Positions 1 to 5,940 of a stretch of DNA of 11,287 bases are shown piece by piece. Within the stretch, counting starts at the first letter, position 1, and each line of letters starts with the position of its first letter. Origin of the DNA: an uncultured bacterium (GTDB lineage: Bacteria > Actinomycetota > Acidimicrobiia > Acidimicrobiales > CAXMLU01). The stretch covers positions 1 through 11,287 of the forward strand of contig CAXMLU010000558.1 in the NCBI GenBank assembly GCA_964194255.1, given 5' to 3'. A program made the position numbers and the translations under genes. The notes beneath the pieces are model-generated. The model was not told where the DNA came from and did no database searches. It saw only the letters and a program-made list of their open reading frames with translations.

Positions 1-298
1 CCCGCCAGGCGGTCCCCGCCCACCAGCCGTAATCGCGGTCGGCCAGCCCGGCGTCCACCTCCACAGCCAACCCGACCGTGCCGGCGATCACCAACGCCGT
101 CCGTCGTGCCCGCAGCAGCGGGCTCGACACCGCCCCCGCCAGTGCCACACCCCGGAACACCTCACCCAGCCCGACCGCCTCCAGCTCGCCGACCTCGTCC
201 AGGGGCGGGTCCAGCCAGCCCCGCAGCACGCCGGCCGAGTTGAGGGCAGTTCGGCCATGACGGACCAGGTAGACGACAGCATCCGGCGTAACATCCAC
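1..298 (-). CDS. histidine phosphatase family protein (phosphoglycerate-mutase-like), 5' portion only; the gene runs off the window start
   Basis: Minus-strand translation from GTG at about 298 gives VDVTPDAVVYLVRHGRTALNSAGVLRGWLDPPLDEVGELEAVGLGEVF...VSSPLLRARRTALVIAG. This contains the RHG catalytic motif and the SSPLxRAxxTA motif of the histidine phosphatase superfamily. A GAGGAGG Shine-Dalgarno-like sequence lies about 5 nt upstream of the GTG. An alternative ATG exists at about 385, but codon third positions between 298 and 385 look less coding-like. The ORF is absent from the ORF track because it has no stop codon inside the window. Confidence 0.65.
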   Translation of the reverse strand, partial: MDVTPDAVVYLVRHGRTALNSAGVLRGWLDPPLDEVGELEAVGLGEVFRGVALAGAVSSPLLRARRTALVIAGTVGLAVEVDAGLADRDYGWWAGTAWR

Positions 299-713
299 GC
301 CCTCCTCGCGACAGATCCAGCGTGGCCAGCGACGATCCCAGTCGATCAGTTGGCCGGCCCCCGGTCCTTCAAGCTCGCTTGGCATCCGGCACTCCCTCCA
401 ACACCCTCACGTCGAGGACAGGAAGTAGGAGCCATCAGCCCGACCGGGCGGTTACGGCGAGCCCCATCGCCGATCCACCCAGGCTAGCGGCCCTGCGTCC
501 GCGGCGCTTTAAGGCCGTGGTCGCCTTGTCGGTCAGGCGTCGACGCTGCGTCCCTCGCGGAACAACTACGTCGGCCTCAGATGCGCAAGGTGCGCCGTGC
601 TCTGTCCCACCCCGGGTCCGATAGTCCATACGCTCGGTGATCCACACGAGGGGAAGCACATTGAGGCTCGGCCCACTCCGCACCATCCAGGCAGGCGTGG
701 GGATCCCGCGACC

Positions 714-1391
714 GTGAGACGCACGTCGCGGCTCAGCGTTGTCCTGGCGCTCAACCTGGCGCTGGTCATCGGGCTCGTCGCGGTCGGGGTTTCGGCCCAT
801 TCCCTGGGCGTGCTCGCCGAGGGCGCCGATTACCTCGCTGACGCTGCGGCCATCGCCGTGTCCCTGCTGGCGATCTGGCTCTCGAAACGACCGCCGACCC
901 CGACTCGAACGAACGGTTATCCCAAAGCGGCGGCCATCGCCGCTCTCGTCAACAGCGCCTGGCTGCTCGTGCTGAGCCTTCTGGTCATCGCCGGCGCCAT
1001 CACGCGGCTCGCGACGACAACCCGGGAAGTTGATGGTCTGCCTGTCCTCATCGTGAGCGGCATCGCGGCTGGGCTGATGCTGGGGGGCGCCGTCATCCTG
1101 GGTGGAGACATCGACGTCCTGGACGGCGACGACAACGAGGACGACAACGGCGACCTGAACATGCGAGCTGTACTGCTTGACACCACGGCCGCCGCCGCCG
1201 CCGCGGCGGGGGTCGCCATCACCGGAGCGATCATCCTCGTGACCGGCGGACTGAACTGGCTCGACCCGACCGTCGCGCTGCTCATCTCGGCCGTCGTCGC
1301 CTATCACGCCATCCGACTGCTCCGTCGCGTAGCGGTAACGCTAGGTCCGAGCCGCAGCGACGCCAACGGCGAGCAACAACGATCGGGATGA
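714..1391 (+). CDS. cation diffusion facilitator (CDF) family divalent-metal efflux transporter, short form with transmembrane domain only
   Basis: The ORF 597..1391 encodes six predicted TM helices and the CDF signature in TM2 (HSLGVLAEGADYLADAAAIAVSLLA, a DxxxD site). TM5 carries LLDTT. The loop between TM4 and TM5 is acidic (DIDVLDGDDNEDDNGD). Codon third-position GC is high from the GTG at 714 (GGGGA about 10 nt upstream) but lower between 597 and 713, so I prefer the 714 start. The 597 start would add a His-containing N-terminus (HTLGDPHEGKHIEARPTPHHPG). There is no C-terminal cytoplasmic domain before the stop at 1391. Confidence 0.8.
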   Translation: MRRTSRLSVVLALNLALVIGLVAVGVSAHSLGVLAEGADYLADAAAIAVSLLAIWLSKRPPTPTRTNGYPKAAAIAALVNSAWLLVLSLLVIAGAITRLATTTREVDGLPVLIVSGIAAGLMLGGAVILGGDIDVLDGDDNEDDNGDLNMRAVLLDTTAAAAAAAGVAITGAIILVTGGLNWLDPTVALLISAVVAYHAIRLLRRVAVTLGPSRSDANGEQQRSG

Positions 1392-1580
1392 GCCGCCGGC
1401 GGATCGGCCGCGGCGATGATCACGCCCCTCATGCTTCGATGGTCGCGTGCGAGCCGACGAACCAGTGAGGCGGGGAGTTGGGTCCGCAAGGGCTGGTCGA
1501 TCCGTCCCCCAGCAGTCGCCGCGGTAAATCCGCTGGTACCTAGTCTTCGCCCCGGACCCCGGCGACGTCATGAGAGGTAG

Positions 1581-1847
1581 GTGTCGAGCGTGATCGATGG
1601 CGTTGATGTTGCCCATCAGTACGACTGGGAATTTCACCAGGCCACGGGGATGGCCGCCGTCCAGATGGACGCTCGCGACATGACCGAAGCCGCCGCCCGA
1701 CTGGTCGCGGTCGCCGTCGAGGCGGACGAGTCGGTCCACGACACAGCACTCTTGGTGCTCGATGGTCGCCTGCGACTCTCGTCTGACGGGTGGCGCCGGA
1801 CCGCTGGCCGGCAGCGTCACGGAGAGCGGACACGGACATTTCGCTGA
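1581..1847 (+). CDS. hypothetical 88-aa acidic protein; possibly a separated CDF C-terminal-domain-like ORF in the same frame as the transporter
   Basis: GTG start at 1581 directly follows an in-frame TAG. Codon third-position GC is fairly high. The protein reads VIDGVDVAHQYDWEF...LVAVAVEADESVHDTALLVLDG. It has weak similarity to the CDF C-terminal-domain pattern (EGVxDDVD...HDLHxWxL). It lies in the same frame as the CDF ORF, separated from it by two stop codons. Confidence 0.3.
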   Translation: MSSVIDGVDVAHQYDWEFHQATGMAAVQMDARDMTEAAARLVAVAVEADESVHDTALLVLDGRLRLSSDGWRRTAGRQRHGERTRTFR

Positions 1848-1961
1848 GGCGCCCGCCGTAACCGTCGGGGCGAAGGTCGGCCTCCTCGAGGACGGCTCCG
1901 CGGGGGTCGCCTCGATCTTGAAGTCCAGTGAGCGGACCCGAGGGCGGGGGTACCGTGTTGA

Positions 1962-2204
1962 ATGGCTGAGGTGAGTTGCCCTGAGTGCACTCTCCGGATG
2001 CCGCTCGACTCCGGGGTCGGTCCTGCCGCCGCACAGGTCTTCACGTGCCTGTCGTGCCATACCAGTTTCCCGGGGAACCCGTTCCCGAGGTCAGACCGTG
2101 ACATCGAACTTCGAGAGGCCGACACCGGACAAGCCCGCAGTCCTCTGATCCCTGGCGACGAAGCAGACCCACGCGAATCACCTCGCCCGTCGCAGGGCAA
2201 ATGA
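1962..2204 (+). CDS. possible small zinc-ribbon protein (CxxC-x21-CxxC)
   Basis: ATG ORF encoding MAEVSCPECTLRMPLDSGVGPAAAQVFTCLSCHTSF..., with two CxxC pairs spaced like a zinc ribbon. Codon bias is coding-like only in the first half, and the second half is A/T-rich at third positions. It may be shorter than drawn or not a gene. Confidence 0.2.
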   Translation: MAEVSCPECTLRMPLDSGVGPAAAQVFTCLSCHTSFPGNPFPRSDRDIELREADTGQARSPLIPGDEADPRESPRPSQGK

Positions 2205-2303
2205 CGCGGGAACGTTCTGAACACGTCCCCGACGTGCGGTTGAGAGGGCACCTCCTGACCGGTCCATCGACGGCGCGTTGGCCCCAACGCAGGTGCAAGC
2301 GGA

Positions 2304-2327
2304 CTTCTACCGGATCTTCTACCGGAT
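2304..2327. repeat. perfect tandem 12-bp repeat CTTCTACCGGAT, two copies
   Basis: Seen directly: cttctaccggat cttctaccggat. It lies inside a lower-GC, apparently non-coding stretch (about 2200..2470). Confidence 0.7.
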
Positions 2328-2467
2328 GCTCCGTCATCAGACCATCAAACCCGGCATCAGATGACACGCGCGATGGCGGTCTCACGGCGTTTTCCCTGCT
2401 CAACGGCACTATGTAGCACCGGCTGACACGTCGCAACACAGGCCTGAGGCCCCTACGGATCAGAAGG

Positions 2468-2494
2468 TTGGGGGTTCGAATCCCTCCGAGCGCG
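2468..2494 (+). tRNA. tRNA-like 3' fragment (T-arm plus 3' acceptor strand); no complete tRNA could be folded
   Basis: GGGGG-TTCGAAT-CCCTC is a canonical T-stem/loop: G53, T54, Psi55, C56, R57, A58 and C61 all fit. It is followed by the 7-nt acceptor strand CGAGCGC and discriminator G. No matching 5' acceptor strand (G[CT]G[CT]T[CT]G) and no anticodon or D arm were found in the 80 nt upstream. A minus-strand reading does not give a valid T loop. Confidence 0.35.
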
Positions 2495-2497
2495 CTG
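2483..2497. repeat. 15-bp direct repeat CCTCCGAGCGCGCTG, target-site duplication (left copy) of the IS481-family element
   Basis: Identical 15-mer at 2483..2497 and 3810..3824 directly abutting the TGT and ACA termini of the insertion sequence. The left copy overlaps the acceptor 3' strand of the tRNA-like fragment. Confidence 0.7.
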
Positions 2498-3809
2498 TGT
2501 GATCTCGCGAGAGATACCGAACGGACCGAACCCTCAAAGGTCGGTTCGTTCTTGGTTTTTGGGCCGGGTCGGGCCCTTGGGCGCGCCGGTGGGCTGGTAG
2601 TCCTTGGTCGGATCGACGGCGAGCTCTCGGAGGACCTCGCCGGTGGCGGCGTTGAGGATGCGGACGTCGAGGTCCTGGACGAGCAACAAGATGCGGGTTC
2701 CGGCGTGGATGCGTCCGACGCCGATGTGGTGCAGGCGTCCGTTGACCCGGAGGGTGACCGAGCCGGCGGTGTCGACGCGGTCCTGGCGCACGCGCTGGTG
2801 AGCATGGGCGTCGAGATGACCGGGCGAGGCCTTCGGGCGGGCCTGGTAGGCGGTGGCGGGAGTGGCCCGGTGCTGGAGGGAGCGGTGCGGGCGGTGGTCG
2901 TTGTAGAGAGTGACGAAGGCGTCGAGCAGGGCCTGGAGCTCGGCGATGCTGCGGGGCTGGGGATGCGACCGGAGCCAGGCCTTGAGGGTCTGTTGGAAGC
3001 GCTCGACCTTGCCGCATGTGCCGGGATGATTGGGTCGGGAGTTCTTCTGGCGGATGCCGAGGGCGACGAGCTCGGCCTCGAAGGCGTTGCGGCCACCGCG
3101 GCCTCCGGCGAGCCGTGTGGTGAACACCAAACCGTTGTCAGTCAACGTCGATGCGGGGATCCCGTGGCGCTCGACGGCGTCTCGGAAGGTGTTCACCACG
3201 ATCGGCCCGGTGATGCGGGGATGGGCGGTGACCGACAGGGCGTAACGGGAATGATCATCCAGCCAGGTGATGATCTCGACGTCGGTGCCGGTGCGCAGCC
3301 GGTAGTGGGTGAAGTCGGACTGCCAGCACTCGTTGGGCTGTTCGGCGGCGAAGCGGACATAGGACGACTTCGGCCGCTTGTTCGGCGCGGGGATGACCAG
3401 GCCGGCGCCGCGCCGGATGCGGTGGATCGTGGAAGTCGAGACACCGATGTTGTGGTGGTGCTCGAGGTGCCAGGCGATGGTGTCGGTGCCGGCGTCGAGT
3501 CCCTGGACGCTGAGCTGGCGGCGCAGGCCGACGATCAGCTCAACCGTTGCCGCCGGCGTCGTCGTCGGGCTGGTCTTCGGGCGTCGCGAGCGCGCCTCGA
3601 ACGCCTGCTCACCCTCGGCCCGGTAGCGGGCAACGAGCGTTGAGACCCATGCCTTGGAGACGTTGTAGTCGCGGGCCACCCCGGCCTGGGACCGACCCTC
3701 GAGGACGACAGCGGTGATCACCAACCGGGCCTTGGACACCCGCCAGCATCGACATCGCCGGGTTTCCTATGTCGCGACAGATGCGTTCACTATGTCCTGA
3801 CAGACCACA
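2498..3809 (-). mobile_element. IS481-family insertion sequence, about 1312 bp, single transposase ORF
   Basis: The termini are TGTGATCTCGCGAGAGATACCGAAC at the left and GTTCACTATGTCCTGACAGACCACA at the right. The right terminus reverse-complements to TGTGGTCTGTCAGGACATAGTGAAC, giving about 17/25 matching positions, which is an imperfect inverted repeat beginning TGT. The element is flanked by 15-bp direct repeats and contains one 401-aa DDE transposase. Size, TGT ends and variable target-site-duplication length fit IS481-family conventions. Confidence 0.8.
2534..3739 (-). CDS. IS481-family transposase (N-terminal HTH plus rve/DDE integrase core)
   Basis: 401 aa. The N-terminal HTH reads KARLVITAVVLEGRSQAGVARDYNVSKAWVSTLVARYRAEGEQAFEARSRRPKTSP. 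The catalytic-core motifs are CWQSDFTHY, ITWLDDHSRYALS, TDNGLVFT and HPGTCGKVERFQQTLK, giving the DDE triad spacing typical of IS481-type transposases. Confidence 0.92.
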   Translation of the reverse strand: MSKARLVITAVVLEGRSQAGVARDYNVSKAWVSTLVARYRAEGEQAFEARSRRPKTSPTTTPAATVELIVGLRRQLSVQGLDAGTDTIAWHLEHHHNIGVSTSTIHRIRRGAGLVIPAPNKRPKSSYVRFAAEQPNECWQSDFTHYRLRTGTDVEIITWLDDHSRYALSVTAHPRITGPIVVNTFRDAVERHGIPASTLTDNGLVFTTRLAGGRGGRNAFEAELVALGIRQKNSRPNHPGTCGKVERFQQTLKAWLRSHPQPRSIAELQALLDAFVTLYNDHRPHRSLQHRATPATAYQARPKASPGHLDAHAHQRVRQDRVDTAGSVTLRVNGRLHHIGVGRIHAGTRILLLVQDLDVRILNAATGEVLRELAVDPTKDYQPTGAPKGPTRPKNQERTDL

Positions 3810-3824
3810 CCTCCGAGCGCGCTG
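3810..3824. repeat. 15-bp direct repeat CCTCCGAGCGCGCTG, target-site duplication (right copy)
   Basis: Identical to 2483..2497. It lies immediately outside the ...GACCACA end of the insertion sequence. Confidence 0.7.
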
Positions 3825-4199
3825 AATAAGTTTTCAGAGCGGCATTTTCCGAATCGTCAGTCCGCTCGCAGCCCGCCGAGAGAACATGCTGAGAACATAG
3901 ACCGTTGTACATGCTGTGTTCCTGTCGGCATTACCGACGGCTTTGCGGCGGTGAAGGTCGCAGTCAACGTGGCGATCAAGGTCGACGGGTCACGGGCAAC
4001 CGCATGGCTGCACGGGCACGACGAGATGGTCGGATCGATGGGCTCAGTCGGGCAACGATCGAGGTCACCGGACGGCAGGGTCGTTGGCGCCGGCCCGACG
4101 CGGAGGGTGCCCGGCCTGGCGGCTACGCCACGGCAGCGGCCTCGGCCGGCTTCGACTCGTGTTCGGAGTGACCCCACCGGCGCGGCCGGGGTCTCCACC

Positions 4200-4232
4200 G
4201 CGCCCGCCCGTCAGTCGGCGTCGGGCGGGCGC
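4200..4232 (-). terminator. GC-rich perfect hairpin (11-bp stem, 11-nt loop) spanning the flotillin stop codon; possible factor-independent terminator or RNA-stabilising structure without a U-tract
   Basis: The left arm gCGCCCGCCCg pairs with the right arm cGGGCGGGCGc, and the loop is tcagtcggcgt, so the flotillin TGA stop lies inside the loop. There is no T-tract on the transcribed strand, which is common in actinobacteria. Confidence 0.3.
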
Positions 4233-5470
4233 GTCGCCGTCGCGGGCGTGAGAGTAGAAACGGGGGCAGCGCCGTTGTGACCAGACGCCGCCGCCGCTGC
4301 CGTGGAGCGCCTCAGGGTGTCGAGGATCGACATACCCTGGCCGACCAGCTCGGTGACGACCTGGTTGACGCCCTCGGAGCCATTCAGGATGGTGAGATTC
4401 GACCCGGCTATACCGCGAGCCGCGGCTTCCACGATCGCAGGTAGTGCGTCGACGATGCGGTTGGCCGCGATCAGCTCTTGGTTGCCCTCCCTGAGCGAGA
4501 TGGCCCTGGCCTGGTTGGCTTGTGCCTGGGCCTCGGCGATGGTCCGCTCGGCATAGGCCTCGGCGTCGGCCAACGCGGTCCTGCGGTAGGCGTCGCCCTC
4601 GGCCGCGAACTTGGCCTGGTCGCGCTGGGCTTCGGCCAGGGTGCGCTGGCGGTAGGCCTCGGCGTCGGCCGGCCGGCGGACTTCAGCCTCGAGTCTTTGG
4701 GCAGCCAGGTCGGCTTGGCGCTGGGCCAGGGCTGTCTGCTGCTCGATGACGTCCTGGGACGCCTTGGCCTCGGCCAGCGGTCCGGCCTGGGATGCCACCG
4801 CGTTGGCCTGCTCGGTCTCGGCCTGGAAGCCCGCTTGCTTGATGGCGGTGTCGCGGGCGTACTGGTACTTCAGCGCCGCGGCCTCCTGTTCGCGCTCGGC
4901 GGCCTCCTGGTCGGACTTGGCCTGGGCGATGCGGGCTTGGCTGGCGACTGCGGCGGCGTGAGGCGCGGCCAGGTTGTTGATGTAGCCGGTGGCGTCCTCG
5001 ATCTCCTGGATCTGCAGGGCGTCGACCACGATGCCGAGCTTCTCCATCTCGGCGTGGCTGCCGTCCTTGATCTCCTGGGCCACACGGTCACGCTCTCTGA
5101 TGATCTGCTCGACGGTGAGCCCGCCGATAATCGAGCGGAGGTGACCGGCGAAGATGCGGCCGACCAGTTCTTCCATGCGGTCCTGTTCGGCGAGGAAGCG
5201 CCGGGCGGCGTTGGCGATGGAGACCGAGTCGTCACCGACCTTGAACACCGACACGGCACGGACGTTGAGGCGGATGCCCTGATTGGTCACACACTCCTCG
5301 ACGATCTCAGCCTCCCGTAGGGCTAGCGACAGGATGCGCGCCTTCTGCTTGATCGGGAGCACAAAGCTTCCGTGTCCGGTGACGATCCGAAATTGGGTGT
5401 CCTGAGCCTGGCGTTTTGAGCCGGAGATTAGTAGCGCTTCGTTAGGCGCGGGTACATGCCAGAAGAACAT
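4211..5470 (-). CDS. SPFH/band-7 family protein, flotillin-like (YqiK/FloT type), lacking an N-terminal membrane hairpin
   Basis: 419 aa. The N-terminus VPAPNEALLISGS matches the flotillin AGPxEALIVxG motif. An SPFH core (GIRLNVRAVSVFKVG...EQDRMEELVGRIFAGHLRSIIGGLTVEQI...LGIVVDALQIQEIED) is followed by a long Ala/Glu/Gln-rich coiled-coil region with EA repeats and a Gly-rich C-terminus. There is a strong Shine-Dalgarno (AAGGAGGAG) upstream of the ATG. Confidence 0.9.
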   Translation of the reverse strand: MFFWHVPAPNEALLISGSKRQAQDTQFRIVTGHGSFVLPIKQKARILSLALREAEIVEECVTNQGIRLNVRAVSVFKVGDDSVSIANAARRFLAEQDRMEELVGRIFAGHLRSIIGGLTVEQIIRERDRVAQEIKDGSHAEMEKLGIVVDALQIQEIEDATGYINNLAAPHAAAVASQARIAQAKSDQEAAEREQEAAALKYQYARDTAIKQAGFQAETEQANAVASQAGPLAEAKASQDVIEQQTALAQRQADLAAQRLEAEVRRPADAEAYRQRTLAEAQRDQAKFAAEGDAYRRTALADAEAYAERTIAEAQAQANQARAISLREGNQELIAANRIVDALPAIVEAAARGIAGSNLTILNGSEGVNQVVTELVGQGMSILDTLRRSTAAAAASGHNGAAPVSTLTPATATRPPDAD

Positions 5471-5474
5471 CGGA

Positions 5475-5483
5475 CTCCTCCTT
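5475..5483 (-). promoter_or_regulatory. strong Shine-Dalgarno (AAGGAGGAG) for the flotillin gene, in the 17-nt gap after the upstream NfeD-like stop
   Basis: Minus strand reads TAG GCCCAAGGAGGAGTCCG ATG. This is a near-consensus ribosome-binding site 5 nt from the ATG and indicates translational coupling. Confidence 0.5.
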
Positions 5484-5487
5484 GGGC

Positions 5488-5700
5488 CTACGGGAACGGG
5501 GTGACGACGACAGAACGGGCCGAGGTGCTCTCGATGACCAGAACGCGGGCGTGCTTCTCGATCGCCTCGTCCGACCAGGCCGCGAACGCCTCGGTCCCGC
5601 CCCGCACAGGCAACAGGACCTCGCCGGGCGAGCCCACGCGAATTGGGACGGTGACCCGGCCGATCGTGCCGACCACGCTCTGATCCGCGTCAGCTGACAT
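5488..5700 (-). CDS. NfeD-like OB-fold protein (soluble short form, about 70 aa), partner of the SPFH/flotillin gene
   Basis: VVGTIGRVTVPIRVGSPGEVLLPVRGGTEAFAAWSDEAIEKHARVLVIESTSARSVVVTP matches the C-terminal OB-fold beta-barrel of NfeD/YuaF/YqiJ proteins (G.V...I..G.G.V.L..G....A......I..G..V.V....). It sits immediately upstream of the SPFH gene, which is the classic operon arrangement. The frame is closed by TGA 14 codons upstream of the ATG, so there is no membrane domain. Confidence 0.6.
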   Translation of the reverse strand: MSADADQSVVGTIGRVTVPIRVGSPGEVLLPVRGGTEAFAAWSDEAIEKHARVLVIESTSARSVVVTPFP

Positions 5701-5742
5701 GTCGATCAGCCGCTGTCGCCGTCTGCCGCATCCCGTCTCCTC

Positions 5743-5940
5743 TCAGGCCACTGTACAGACAGGCGGCGGCCTACGGGCACCAGCAGCACAAGTCGCGCCG
5801 TTACCAGCAAGGCCTGGCTCTCGCGGCCACGGCGGCCCCTCCTCCGCCTCAGCCAGGCTACCGAGCACCCGGTAGGCGACTCGATGTGCGTGTGGCAGCA
5901 CGTCACGGAACGCTGCCTCGACATCGTCTGACGATGCCAT
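5743..5940 (-). pseudogene. possible N-terminal fragment of an ECF-type sigma-70 factor (only region 2.1-like residues remain)
   Basis: MASSDDVEAAFRDVLPHAHRVAYRVLGSLAEAEEG resembles ECF sigma N-termini (..AFxxLYxxxxxxVYRxALRLLGxxAEAED..). The ORF then degenerates into Pro/Gly/Ala-rich sequence. None of the other two frames continues the sigma domain. Confidence 0.22.

Noticed and set aside
537-546. 10-bp perfect palindrome GCGTCGACGC in the CDF upstream region as a metal-regulator operator
   Set aside because: Short GC-rich palindromes of this size occur by chance in a 70% GC genome. There is no adjacent ArsR/MerR-type regulator gene and no extended dyad symmetry.
435-1307. 290-aa minus-strand ORF antisense to the CDF transporter
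   Set aside because: It is Arg/Gly/Asp-rich and low-complexity. It lies opposite a clearly real membrane-protein gene, and this is the typical spurious open frame of a high-GC genome.
2380-2500. A complete tRNA gene
   Set aside because: Only the T-arm and 3' acceptor strand are recognisable. No complementary 5' acceptor strand, D-arm or anticodon stem-loop could be placed on either strand. It is reported as a fragment only.
1341-3096. Several long minus-strand ORFs (1341..2060, 1540..2034, 1817..2287, 2041..3096, 2460..3017)
   Set aside because: They are extremely Arg/Pro/Ser-rich and overlap each other. They overlap the IS transposase in antisense and have no domain resemblance, so they are GC-driven shadow ORFs.
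2468-3643. 391-aa + strand ORF
   Set aside because: It is exactly antisense to the IS481-family transposase gene and is Gly/Asp/Val-rich nonsense.
3857-4280. ORFs 3857..4198(-), 3905..4171(+) and 3951..4280(+) in the gap between the IS and the flotillin gene
   Set aside because: They have no domain resemblance, mixed codon bias and overlap one another. 3951..4280 starts plausibly (MKVAVNVAIKVDG...) but quickly becomes Arg/Pro-rich. They are kept out of the feature list.
4550-4960. Internal DNA repeats (GCCTCGGCGTCGGCC and similar) inside the flotillin gene as a possible repeat element or CRISPR-like array
   Set aside because: They are in-frame codon repeats encoding the Ala/Glu/Gln-rich EA-repeat coiled coil of the flotillin. 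Spacing is irregular and there is no repeat/spacer architecture.
4478-5320. 280-aa + ORF and other + ORFs inside the flotillin gene
   Set aside because: These are antisense to the well-supported flotillin CDS. They are a Gly/Leu-rich artefact of the Ala/Glu-rich coiled-coil coding sequence.
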